DNA from: Thermodesulfobacteriota bacterium
GTDB taxonomy: Bacteria > Desulfobacterota > Desulfobaccia > Desulfobaccales > 0-14-0-80-60-11
Direction of reading: 5' to 3'
Length of the DNA: 64,000 nucleotides
Assembly (NCBI GenBank): GCA_040756315.1
Contig: JBFLZI010000001.1
Coordinates: forward strand, 2,461-66,460
This document shows, one piece after another, positions 16,414-25,579 of this stretch; the stretch's first letter is position 1; each line of letters opens with the position of its first letter. The translations under genes were made by a program, and so were the position numbers. Under the pieces are notes generated by a model, which worked only from the letters and a program-made list of their open reading frames with translations, was not told the origin of the DNA and searched no databases.

Positions 16414-17624
16414 TTACCGCTGGTATAAATATCCATATACCGCTCTACGATGTGCCTCGTGCTCCGGGTGGCGCTGGCCGTAATCTGCGCCACGTGAGCT
16501 GCCCCTACGGAAAGGGCGGCATTGGCCTTGGCGCCGCCCTCCGCCAATTCTCCGGCGGCCGCGGCGGTAATAGATGCTATGTCACCTTGGGCATCTAGCA
16601 TGGTGCGGATATAAGATGCGTGGGCTCCCAAGGCGGCCTTTAAGAGGCCGGTCCTCTCCTGGACGCTGATTACCAGGTTGCGGATATAATTCTCGTATTC
16701 ATTGAGAAGCCTGCTGGCCTGTGCCCGATACAACGCCGTCAGCCGGTCCGCCCGCACGAATTCCAACCGGGTCTGTTCATACAAGGCTTCGGCCAGTTTC
16801 TCATCGTGCTCTGCGGCGTGCCGAGTCCGGATGACCTCCACCTTTTCATAACCCAGCAGTTCCAGTTCTTTCTTGTCTTCGGCTTCTCTGGTGATGGCCT
16901 CCGCCTGCTGCATCCGGGCCGCAGCCTTCTCTTTGTAAAGAGGGATCATGGTCTTCTTGATCTCGGCCACCTGGCGGCTGGCGTCCACCACCCGGCGCAG
17001 GGCCTCCGCCTTCTTCCGCTCCGCCGCCAGCACCAGTTGCTCGGCCTGGACGATCAGGGCCAGCAAATCCAGGGTGGAGAGCTTGATTTCCGCGGTGCGC
17101 ACCCGCTCGGCGATTAGCTGGGATTCCCCTTCCAGGTTCTGCTTTTCGGCGATGATCTGAAGTTTTTTCCAGTAATTCACCTGCCGCTCCACATCCGCCT
17201 TCATGGTGATGAGGCGCACCTGCCGCTTGTCCGTCTCCGCGTTCAGCCGCTCGATTTTGGCCCGGTATTCGTCCAGGGACGCGCTGGCCTGGGCCTCCTC
17301 CAGGCGGTAGGCGTTCTCCAGGCCGGCCCGGTAGGCCTCGGCCTCCAACTTCAGGAGCTTGAGCACGTATTTCTGTTCCGTCTCGTTGTCCTTGGCCAGC
17401 ATCTCCCGGCGCACCTTGTAAATTTCGGCATTGGCCTTGACCAGACCCTTCTTGGCCTCCAGGCCCTCTTCCACCATGATTTCCAGGAGAACTCCGGGCG
17501 GGCTCATAAAGCCCCGGCTGGCCATCTCGGCCAGGGCCTTATCGGTATTCTGCCGATATTTGCCCATGGCCTCTTCCACGGCCCGGCCCCAGCGGGCGGT
17601 TTCATTGGGGTCATGAGAGGCCAC
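16410..17624 (-). CDS. long alpha-helical/coiled-coil virion protein (second of the pair)
   Basis: 404 aa with the same compositional style as 15247-16413. Confidence 0.6.
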   Translation of the reverse strand: MASHDPNETARWGRAVEEAMGKYRQNTDKALAEMASRGFMSPPGVLLEIMVEEGLEAKKGLVKANAEIYKVRREMLAKDNETEQKYVLKLLKLEAEAYRAGLENAYRLEEAQASASLDEYRAKIERLNAETDKRQVRLITMKADVERQVNYWKKLQIIAEKQNLEGESQLIAERVRTAEIKLSTLDLLALIVQAEQLVLAAERKKAEALRRVVDASRQVAEIKKTMIPLYKEKAAARMQQAEAITREAEDKKELELLGYEKVEVIRTRHAAEHDEKLAEALYEQTRLEFVRADRLTALYRAQASRLLNEYENYIRNLVISVQERTGLLKAALGAHASYIRTMLDAQGDIASITAAAAGELAEGGAKANAALSVGAAHVAQITASATRSTRHIVERYMDIYTSGK

Positions 17625-17625
17625 G

Positions 17626-19224
17626 CTATCTTCCCTCCATGACGATCAGGTCGATTTCCATCTGGCTCAGGCTGGTGAAATCCTCAATCTCTATGGTATG
17701 AATCTTGTCCTCCAGGTCCCGGCCCACGGTGTATTTATCCCGGTTCTTGGAGTAATAGCCCTCCCGCCCCCGGGTCTTCCCGGACACCTTCACCTGGGCC
17801 TCTCCACAATCTCCCAGGTGCAGGTGGCGCAGGCGTTTATAGTTGTCAATACCCAGAGAAGTGGGGCCGATGGCCACCCCCGGATGGATGGGTGCGCCGT
17901 CGTCATCCTCCCCTTCCAGGACATAGATGCCGTCCGCCGCCGCGGCCAGCACCCGGCCGTTCTGCGCCGCATAAGAGTTGAAGGGGAAGCCGCTGTAAAG
18001 GGAGGGCTCAAAGGTGTAACCGGCCAGTGCGAAGGTATAAAAGGCCGCTTCCTCCTCCAGGCCCGAACCTGAGAGAACCACGCCTCCCCGGGTCTCCCAT
18101 TCATAGATTTCCGGGAAGAACCAGGCCACGGCGCAGGCCCCGCCCACTTTAATTCCCCCCCATTTGGTTTCATGCTCGTAAACCGGCGGCTCTTCCGGGA
18201 ACTCAATCTCGGCTTCGCCCCCCACCATCAGTTCCACCGCAGTGGTCACTTCATAGACGTCCAGGTCGAAGCCAGGATAGATCCACTCCACTTCCGGGAC
18301 CCGCACCGGCCCCACCTTGACGCCGCCCTCCGCGGTATGCTCATAGATGAGATCCGCCGGGGAGGTAAATTCCGGTGAAGATGTCCCGGAAATCTTGACG
18401 CCGCCCCGGACCTCCACTTCATAAACCAAAGGAGAGGGGACATAGTGCTCTACCTTGGAGGCCCCACCAAATATCAGGCCACCGGAAGTGGTGTGCTCAT
18501 AGATCGAGACTTCGGAGAACTCTATTTCCGACTCCCCGCCGACCGCCACGCCCCCTTCCGCGGTTACCTCCATCTCGGTGGGGGAGAAATATTCCACTGT
18601 GGCCCGGCCGCCAAATTTCAGCCGGCCGACAGATTCAAAAGATTCTTCCGCATAGATGCCAAAAGATTCGGCCGTGGGGTCCAGGGAAAGCGTGATGTCT
18701 CCCAGAACCGCCCAGAAGGGCGGGTTGCCGTCCAGGAAGGTCAGGTCGATGATGCCGAAGCCGGTCTCCGGGTCCCAACCGGGAACCGGCATCCGGGTGG
18801 CGGCTTCGGGGATAATCTCTATGGTCGCTTCGCATAGGGCGAAGCGCACCGGGCAGTAGGTTTCGGCTTCGGGCAGGATTTCCACCATGACTGCGGCGAT
18901 GCATACCCGGTCCCAGATGGTGGTGGCCTCCGGGGTGAGGGTCACCGTCACCGCCGCCTCGGTCACAAATTCTCCCGGACCTTGATAATAGTAACTTTCC
19001 GGCGTGGGGTCGATTTCCACCGTCACCGCGGCTTCGGTCTGCCATTCCGGGTGAGTTTCGGCGGACGGGTCTAAGGTGACGGTAACCTCGCAGGTGGTGG
19101 TGAACTGCCCCGGCGGGGTGGGGACGTATTCCACCTGGGCTATGATCTGGGTGGCCTTAATTTTGCTGGGAACCTGATATTCGACTTGAGCCAGGTTTTG
19201 GAAGATTTTGATAAGATCGGCCAC
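17626..19224 (-). CDS. repeat-containing tail fibre/spike-like protein
   Basis: 532 aa. N-terminal EAAVTV..P(E/T) repeats. Central ~25-aa repeats of the form YE(H/W)xTxGG(V/I/L)xxGGxxxxE. Confidence 0.55.
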   Translation of the reverse strand: MADLIKIFQNLAQVEYQVPSKIKATQIIAQVEYVPTPPGQFTTTCEVTVTLDPSAETHPEWQTEAAVTVEIDPTPESYYYQGPGEFVTEAAVTVTLTPEATTIWDRVCIAAVMVEILPEAETYCPVRFALCEATIEIIPEAATRMPVPGWDPETGFGIIDLTFLDGNPPFWAVLGDITLSLDPTAESFGIYAEESFESVGRLKFGGRATVEYFSPTEMEVTAEGGVAVGGESEIEFSEVSIYEHTTSGGLIFGGASKVEHYVPSPLVYEVEVRGGVKISGTSSPEFTSPADLIYEHTAEGGVKVGPVRVPEVEWIYPGFDLDVYEVTTAVELMVGGEAEIEFPEEPPVYEHETKWGGIKVGGACAVAWFFPEIYEWETRGGVVLSGSGLEEEAAFYTFALAGYTFEPSLYSGFPFNSYAAQNGRVLAAAADGIYVLEGEDDDGAPIHPGVAIGPTSLGIDNYKRLRHLHLGDCGEAQVKVSGKTRGREGYYSKNRDKYTVGRDLEDKIHTIEIEDFTSLSQMEIDLIVMEGR

Positions 19225-19238
19225 AGGCTACTCCCCGC

Positions 19239-20204
19239 TTAAGCTGCGGCTTTTACGCCGAATTCGGCATTATTCACTTCAGATGGAGTCCAGGCCGCGC
19301 TAGTGTCGGGGTTGGTGGCCCAGATATTGGCTAATGCTGTGGGCGTGGTGGCGGGCACCGCCTTGTCTCCGCTGAAATAATTGCTACCCCCAGACCGCAC
19401 CGCCAGTTGCAGGTTTTGGGGCGTGGGTGCGCCCTCCTTCACCGCTCGGGCCTGCACTTGGACGCATTTGACCTCTTCGATGGAGCCGCTTAGGTCGCTG
19501 AAGGTGTAAAGGTCTATCTCATTAGAGACGTTAGTGGAGACATAATCCGTGTCCGAGGCGGGCACTTCATCCACGCAGTCCCAATTCGATCCGGAGGAGG
19601 GATCCCATTGGGTGGAATTGCCCGCCGCGGTTGGCTTGAGGGCTTGAATTTTGGTGTCTCCCGGAAACCCAGCGTCATCAATGATCACGTCGTCGAAGTT
19701 TCCATAAAAAGAAGACGAATAAGCATAAACTCTGATGTTGTCTATGCTGGTAGGGCCGTCGGTCGTGTCTCCTGAGAAATCAATATCTAGAATGCCGTTT
19801 ATCTTTATCTGAAACACTCCCGCCGAATTATCCGGCTTAAAACGAGCTTCGATCAGGACCACGTCATTCTGGCCAAATGTCTGCGAGCCAGTAGCCAACA
19901 CGGTGGCGGTGCCGCGCAAGGTTTGAATTACATTGCCACTTTGCTGGATGGAGCCGATGACCGTGGTGCCGTTGCGGAACTCAAAGATTCGGGAATTGCC
20001 GAGCGAAACTGATTCCGGCTTGTAGCGAAAAGCTACCCACAATTCGCTCTTTGCTGAAGGTAAATTTTTGAGGGCATAAGCACCGCTCATACCTCTAATA
20101 TGATATGAACCATCAATAGGATTTGTGCTGTAAATAGTAAAGGTAGCTGCATCCCACAAATCCAACTGCCCGGCTTCAAACCCGTCGATAAATATCCGTG
20201 CCAT
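19239..20204 (-). CDS. beta-sandwich tail/receptor-binding-like protein
   Basis: 321 aa, Ser/Thr/Asn/Gly-rich beta-type sequence with lower GC than its neighbours, located in the fibre cluster. The fold assignment (LamG/ConA-like) is a guess. Confidence 0.45.
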   Translation of the reverse strand: MARIFIDGFEAGQLDLWDAATFTIYSTNPIDGSYHIRGMSGAYALKNLPSAKSELWVAFRYKPESVSLGNSRIFEFRNGTTVIGSIQQSGNVIQTLRGTATVLATGSQTFGQNDVVLIEARFKPDNSAGVFQIKINGILDIDFSGDTTDGPTSIDNIRVYAYSSSFYGNFDDVIIDDAGFPGDTKIQALKPTAAGNSTQWDPSSGSNWDCVDEVPASDTDYVSTNVSNEIDLYTFSDLSGSIEEVKCVQVQARAVKEGAPTPQNLQLAVRSGGSNYFSGDKAVPATTPTALANIWATNPDTSAAWTPSEVNNAEFGVKAAA

Positions 20205-20218
20205 GGCTGCACCTCTAC

Positions 20219-20620
20219 TTAAGCGCAGGTGATCTTGGGGACCACCTTAATGCCTTTGCCGTCCTCAATATTTAGGGGCGAATCCAGGTGCTCCAGGGCC
20301 AGCAGTTTCCCGCTGGTGCCGCTTTGCACCGTGCAGATGAAATAGCCGTAAATATTGCCCCAGGCACCCCCCTGAGCCAAAAAAGTCTGCTCCAGATAAA
20401 GAGCGTAATCATCAATGATGGTCCAATAGCCCCGGGTCAGGGCTTTGCGGGCATAGCCGAAACCCGCCGGTTCGTTCATATCCGCCAGAGTGACGGTTTC
20501 CGCCGGTTCTTCGGTATTCTTGTAAAGACCCAGCCAGAGCGTCCCGTCCACCGGCTGCGCGCCCAAGAGGATGTTGAGAACCCGGTTCTCTCCTTCGTTC
20601 AGCCATTTGGCAATAGACAT
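20219..20620 (-). CDS. small structural protein, paralog family member A
   Basis: 133 aa. Shares GEN..L, LGLY, EP.G.GYAR..L and AWGN(I/V)YG(Y/W)FIC..SGTSG blocks with 20633-21031. Confidence 0.6.
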   Translation of the reverse strand: MSIAKWLNEGENRVLNILLGAQPVDGTLWLGLYKNTEEPAETVTLADMNEPAGFGYARKALTRGYWTIIDDYALYLEQTFLAQGGAWGNIYGYFICTVQSGTSGKLLALEHLDSPLNIEDGKGIKVVPKITCA

Positions 20621-20632
20621 ATCAGGCCCCTC

Positions 20633-21031
20633 TTAGCTGGCGGTGACTTTAGCTGTCGCTTTGACGCTCCCGCCGTCCGGCACGTTATAGGGTCCGTCGG
20701 TAAACTGGCCCACGGCAAAAACATTGCCCGATGTGCCCGAGGCGACATTGCAGATGAACCAGCCGTAAACATTGCCCCAGGCGGCCCCAGAGCAGGAAAA
20801 GGTCTTCTGCACGTGGGTGGCTATCGATCCCGCCAAGCTCCAGTCGGCGTCCTGCAACTGAATCCGGGCGTAACCACCGCCCGAGGGCTCGGTTAAGCCA
20901 GTCAGTTGGATGTCTTCCGCCGGCTCAGAAGTGGGTGCGGTATAGAGCCCCAGATAAAAGCTGGGCCGGGTGGCCCCCTTCAGAAAGCAATCCAGGATGG
21001 TGTTCTCACCAGCATCCGTCCATTTAGGCAT
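20633..21031 (-). CDS. small structural protein, paralog family member B
   Basis: 132 aa. Clear paralog of 20219-20620. Confidence 0.6.
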   Translation of the reverse strand: MPKWTDAGENTILDCFLKGATRPSFYLGLYTAPTSEPAEDIQLTGLTEPSGGGYARIQLQDADWSLAGSIATHVQKTFSCSGAAWGNVYGWFICNVASGTSGNVFAVGQFTDGPYNVPDGGSVKATAKVTAS

Positions 21032-21248
21032 GGTCGTTCTCCTTGTTTATGAATCTGTCCAGGTCATCCCGGGCGATGCGGGCGCCGCGGGAGGACCCGT
21101 AGGCGGCCAACAATCCCCGGCGGATATAGCGATAAACGGTGCGCCGGGATTTGCCCAGCAAGGCGGCCACTTCATCCGGGCGAAAACTCCGCTTGGCGGG
21201 CAATTCCACTTCCCGCCTCAGAGGTCCCTGGCATAGTCCTTCAGCCAT
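21024..21248 (-). CDS. excisionase/MerR-type helix-turn-helix DNA-binding protein
   Basis: 74 aa. FRPDEVAALLGKSRRTVYRYIRRGLL...ARIARDDLDRFI matches the excisionase-family HTH pattern. Overlaps the subtilase gene end by 31 nt. Confidence 0.6.
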   Translation of the reverse strand: MAEGLCQGPLRREVELPAKRSFRPDEVAALLGKSRRTVYRYIRRGLLAAYGSSRGARIARDDLDRFINKENDHA

Positions 21249-22633
21249 AGCCGTATCTCGATATTAGTGGCTAGGGGATACCAGTTCTTGATGAGAGCGG
21301 CGGCGGCGGATACATGGGGACAGGCCGCCGAAGTGCCGCTGGCCGTCATGTATCTGTTCCCGGACCCAGGCACCACATAGTCTGAGTAAGTAAATCCGGC
21401 CCAAGCCCCGGTTATTTTCTTCCCCGGTGCTGACAACTCCACTTCTTCCCCTCGGGAAGAAAAATCAGCCACGATCTCATCCACGTCCACCGCGGCCACG
21501 GCAATAACTGAAGCATATTTCGCCGGATAATCCACGGTATTGGGGTCGGGGCCGGAGTTGCCCGCCGACGCCACCACCAGGCAACCGGCATACCAGGCGG
21601 CATCGCAAGCCGCCTTTAAGACATCTGAGCTCTGAGGACCTCCTACACTCAGGCTGAGAATGTCCATGCCGTGGGTTCTGGCCCAGTCGATTCCCGCGGC
21701 AATATTGGCAAAGCTTCCTGATCCTTTCGAATCCATGACCTTGACCGCATATAACTCTATTCCCGGAGCGATGCCCCGGTAACTGCCGGCGATAGCGTTG
21801 TGCTGCGCGGCCACAATAGAGCAGCAATAGGTGCCGTGATCATGATCGTCGGCGGGATTATCATTGCCGCCCAGGATGTTGTAGCCCCCCTTATAAACGC
21901 TGACGCCATTCTTCCAGAAACACTCGTGCTCTTTCTTGATGCCGGTATCAATGACGCAGACTTTTATTCCCTGGCCATAGATTTCTTTGGCCCAGGCAAA
22001 GATGGGGTTGATGCGGCTCACCCCCCAATCGGTATTGACGCCACTGGGGTTATAGGTGGGAATTTCCCCGGCCATCATGATATGAGCCTCCGGCTCGATG
22101 ACCACCTTCTCCACCAGGGGGTTCTTACGCATCTCCTCAATGGCCGCCGGCTCTAAGTCCGTGACGAAGACGCGGTTGTCGAAACCCATGGTCCATTTAC
22201 GCCGGCCGTCATAATCCCGGGCCAGGTTATTGGACATGGCCATGATTTCCTTGGGCAGACCGATGACCACCTCCGGAATCTTGAGATAGACGGTCACCGG
22301 GATCTTTTTGGGAGCGTCCAAAAATCCTTGGGCGCAATCGTAAGTCTTGACCAGGTCCCGGGCGATCTCCCAGGCTCGGCCAAGAACGTCCGTCTCTGGG
22401 CTGTTCCTGGTAGTGGTCTCCCCCGCTTCCATGGCCTTGATCAGCTTGACGATTTCGTCATAGACCTCCGGCTTTTGCAGGCCGATCTCGGCCATCATCA
22501 GATGGAAGTTTTTGTGATTGATCTTGCGGACCGCCAGGTTATACAGGGTCTTGTCCGCTTGCTTCAAGGCCCGGAGAAACTGGTGGAAGTTCAATTCTGT
22601 CCGGGATTCGCACTTTTCTTCAGGTAGCAGCAT
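21218..22633 (-). CDS. subtilisin-like serine protease (peptidase S8) with N-terminal extension
   Basis: Catalytic D (VCVIDTGI), H (HDHGTYCCS), oxyanion N (SAGNSGP) and S (SGTSAACPHVSAAAAL) in S8 order. A propeptide-like segment precedes them. No signal peptide seen. Confidence 0.8.
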   Translation of the reverse strand: MLLPEEKCESRTELNFHQFLRALKQADKTLYNLAVRKINHKNFHLMMAEIGLQKPEVYDEIVKLIKAMEAGETTTRNSPETDVLGRAWEIARDLVKTYDCAQGFLDAPKKIPVTVYLKIPEVVIGLPKEIMAMSNNLARDYDGRRKWTMGFDNRVFVTDLEPAAIEEMRKNPLVEKVVIEPEAHIMMAGEIPTYNPSGVNTDWGVSRINPIFAWAKEIYGQGIKVCVIDTGIKKEHECFWKNGVSVYKGGYNILGGNDNPADDHDHGTYCCSIVAAQHNAIAGSYRGIAPGIELYAVKVMDSKGSGSFANIAAGIDWARTHGMDILSLSVGGPQSSDVLKAACDAAWYAGCLVVASAGNSGPDPNTVDYPAKYASVIAVAAVDVDEIVADFSSRGEEVELSAPGKKITGAWAGFTYSDYVVPGSGNRYMTASGTSAACPHVSAAAALIKNWYPLATNIEIRLWLKDYARDL

Positions 22634-22635
22634 CT

Positions 22636-23565
22636 TCAGCCGTCCCAGTTATGGGAGTAAAACTCCGTGTAAATCCACCGGGGCTGCGGATAAGTCCAAC
22701 CCTTGAACCGGTCATTAAATACCTTGCTTAAAGCCGTCTGATAGTAAGTGCCGGGGTAGTCAATCTCGAAATTCATGGGGTCATAGCCAGTAGCAAAGAT
22801 AGTTTTGGGAATGAACCCTTCTTTTTGCTTGCCGATGGCGATGGCCTGGGCTTCCCGCTCTTCCGTCCAAATCCCCGCCAGGATTTTGATCCAGCTGGTC
22901 ATGGGACCCGGCAGGCCCACGGAACCGACCCGGAAGATGACCATCAGAGGCCCCACCTTGATGAGCCAGTCCCCGTAGAAGTTGACGATGGTGCCCAACT
23001 GAAACTCCCGGAAACCGAAAAGCCGCCTCTGTTTCTCGTTCAGCTTGAGGTCTTGGCCGTCCGGTTCCTTGCAGGCTGCGTCCATGGGGCCGTATTCCTT
23101 GGGATCGCTGACCAGGTAGTGAATCTCATGCGGCTTCCCCGGAGTCGGTGAAGTCATGGCGCCCGTGGCATACTGAAAGACCTTCATCTTAAAGATGTCC
23201 AGACACCTTTTAGGCCGCTTCCCTTCCTGGTGGCCCACCACAAACTTGGGAGTGCCGGATTCCAACAATACCTTGACCTTCTGCCCCGTCCGGAAGGCCC
23301 GGGCCGCCCCTTTCAGGGCGTTGTTGCCCCGCTTGGTGGCCACCGTGGCGTCATAATGGTCTTTCTTGCAGTGATATAGAATGGGAATGTTCTTCCCGCT
23401 GACTTCCCCCTCCACCTCGCAGGTGTCGTTCAGGGTGAAGGGGTCGGTCTTCTCGTAACCAAAGTCCTTGATGGTGCCCTCTTTATAGGTGGTCCGGTAG
23501 ACGTCCCCCAGTTCGTCATGGTCCAGGCGATAGTCCCGGTTGCCTTTTTGCTGCACCTTGATCAT
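22636..23565 (-). CDS. tail-associated protein, unknown function
   Basis: 309-aa ORF with 4-nt overlaps on both sides. Confidence 0.5.
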   Translation of the reverse strand: MIKVQQKGNRDYRLDHDELGDVYRTTYKEGTIKDFGYEKTDPFTLNDTCEVEGEVSGKNIPILYHCKKDHYDATVATKRGNNALKGAARAFRTGQKVKVLLESGTPKFVVGHQEGKRPKRCLDIFKMKVFQYATGAMTSPTPGKPHEIHYLVSDPKEYGPMDAACKEPDGQDLKLNEKQRRLFGFREFQLGTIVNFYGDWLIKVGPLMVIFRVGSVGLPGPMTSWIKILAGIWTEEREAQAIAIGKQKEGFIPKTIFATGYDPMNFEIDYPGTYYQTALSKVFNDRFKGWTYPQPRWIYTEFYSHNWDG

Positions 23566-24257
23566 GCCGTGCTCAGGGTCAGCTTCAGGGTCACCTTGAT
23601 CTTCTGGCCGACGGTGTCGATCTTCTTGGACTCGGTGAAGGCCTCCAGGAACATCAGTTGCTTATGGGAGTCTCCGCCGAAGAGGGTGCCGGTATTGGAC
23701 ACCGCCTTAGTGCCGCCCCCCACCTGAAGGTTTTCATTGTCCTGGAATGCCGTGGCACTTTGGTTCTTGACGAAAAGGTAGCCCGCCGCATCTCCTGTCC
23801 AGGCTCCGGAGATGACTACCACTCCGGTAACTACCGCCGTTGCCCCGGAAGTGGCGCCGGTGATGGTGTCCCCTACCCTGATTTCGCTGGACCCCTGGTC
23901 AAAGGGCACCACCCGGATAATTCCAAACTGGCCATAGACGGTATTGCCGTCCGCCACGTCGTTGGCGTTGAACTCCCATTCCAGGGCGGCATTGTGATAC
24001 TGGGCCTGGGCCTTGCCGTCCGAATTTGAGCCCAAAAACCACTTGTTGGCCGTGAGGCCGTTTTCTACGATCTCGTTGGCCAGGCTCTTGCGGGCGTAGC
24101 CCCGTCCCCCACCGGAAGGCATCTCCTGGATGTTCAGGAAGGTGGTACCGCCGTCGGGGGAGACCACGTTCTTGTAAAGGCCCACCTCCAGGGCGGCCAT
24201 CTGAAGAATGCTTTTCAGCATCTCTAGTTCGCCTAAATTAGGAACGTAAATTGTCAT
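23562..24257 (-). CDS. structural protein, paralog family member C with inserted domain
   Basis: Start moved to the ATG at 24257 (ATGA overlap with the upstream stop). Shares GELEML, VGLYKN and GGGRGYARKSL blocks with 20219-21031. Carries an extra RVGDTITGATSGATAVVTG segment. Confidence 0.55.
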   Translation of the reverse strand: MTIYVPNLGELEMLKSILQMAALEVGLYKNVVSPDGGTTFLNIQEMPSGGGRGYARKSLANEIVENGLTANKWFLGSNSDGKAQAQYHNAALEWEFNANDVADGNTVYGQFGIIRVVPFDQGSSEIRVGDTITGATSGATAVVTGVVVISGAWTGDAAGYLFVKNQSATAFQDNENLQVGGGTKAVSNTGTLFGGDSHKQLMFLEAFTESKKIDTVGQKIKVTLKLTLSTA

Positions 24258-25570
24258 GACAGGACTCCTTCTCCGGAGATAATCACGCCGCCCCGGCTGG
24301 TATGCCTTAAAGGAGCGGGAACAAAGATGCGCCCCCGGGAAAAAACGGCCTGCAATTCCGGGTCGGGGGTGGATTTCGGGGTGCCATAAAGAGTAAAGAG
24401 GGTCAAAGGCCATCCTTGCCGCAGGAAATGACAGGCCGCGCCCCGGGACATGGGCCAGAGCCTCAGCCGGTTTTCCGTGAGATGCACCAGATGGCCGTTC
24501 TGGGTGCCCACCACCATGCCGGTGGGGGAAGCCCAGACCGGAGACGGCACTTGGGAGAGCTTCCTGGAAATTTCGTAGCCCGGCCCCTCCACCAAGGCAT
24601 AGGTGAGAGTGCCGGGGATGGCCCCGCCCCCCACTTCGTCCAGGCCCATTTTGTGGGGATCAAAGCCTTTAAGAAGCCAGGTGGTCTTCAGGGAATTGAC
24701 GAAGATGCCCTCGTTTATGGGGGCCAACAGGACCAAATCTTCCGTGAAGGGGAAGGTGCTGGCCTCCCGGAACTGCTCCAGGCGGAATTCCCGGCTGAAG
24801 TAAAGTTTCTTCCCCGCGATGCCCAAGATCCGGCCCGCGGCCGCGAACATGTCAGTGAAGGCCGGAGGGGGTATAACGTCAAGGGTGGGCAGAGGTTGGG
24901 CGTAGTAAGGCTGGTTGATCGCCCCGCTCTCCACCGGGGCCAGGAAGAAGTCCGCTCCGTCGGCCTGGGTGATCCAGCACAGGGTGCCGGCCGGTTGCTC
25001 CACTAGTTCAATGCCCATGGAGTCACCATGGAACTCCAGGGTGGTCACCGGGCCGTTTCCCCCCAGACGCGTCCCTTCATAATGGGTGTAGCAGAGACTA
25101 TAGCGTCCAGGGGGCAGGTCCCCGGGCACCAGGTTGACCCGGGGCCGCGGCGGTAAGGGTAGGCCCCAGGAGCGCACGGTGTTGGCAGCCGGATCATACA
25201 CGCCGGTCCAGTAGCCGTTGGAGAGATAGACCAGGGAATTCGCCTCCAGGTAAACCATGGGAGCCTGGTCCGGCCCTCCCACCGGGGCCACTTCCACCGG
25301 GGTGTTCCCCAGGAGCCGGAACAGGGCCGGGCCACCGTCAGCGCCTCTAGCCACATAGAGGGTGACGCCGCCGTCCCATAGAGAATGGCACCCCACTCCC
25401 GGCGTCAGCTTCCGGTAACCGCCCCGGGGTCTTAAAACCCCGTCGCCCGCCAGGTCGGCGTTCAAAATCACCCGGGGCGTGAGAAACCGCCGGTCATCCA
25501 GCAGGATCGCCGGAGTGGCAGGCAGGTTGTTCATGCCCTTAAAACCGTAAATGCGGAAAGGTTTGGCCAT
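24254..25570 (-). CDS. tail protein (beta-rich), unknown function
   Basis: 438-aa ORF downstream of the adaptor-position gene. Confidence 0.5.
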   Translation of the reverse strand: MAKPFRIYGFKGMNNLPATPAILLDDRRFLTPRVILNADLAGDGVLRPRGGYRKLTPGVGCHSLWDGGVTLYVARGADGGPALFRLLGNTPVEVAPVGGPDQAPMVYLEANSLVYLSNGYWTGVYDPAANTVRSWGLPLPPRPRVNLVPGDLPPGRYSLCYTHYEGTRLGGNGPVTTLEFHGDSMGIELVEQPAGTLCWITQADGADFFLAPVESGAINQPYYAQPLPTLDVIPPPAFTDMFAAAGRILGIAGKKLYFSREFRLEQFREASTFPFTEDLVLLAPINEGIFVNSLKTTWLLKGFDPHKMGLDEVGGGAIPGTLTYALVEGPGYEISRKLSQVPSPVWASPTGMVVGTQNGHLVHLTENRLRLWPMSRGAACHFLRQGWPLTLFTLYGTPKSTPDPELQAVFSRGRIFVPAPLRHTSRGGVIISGEGVLS

Positions 25571-25579
25571 CGCTTACCT

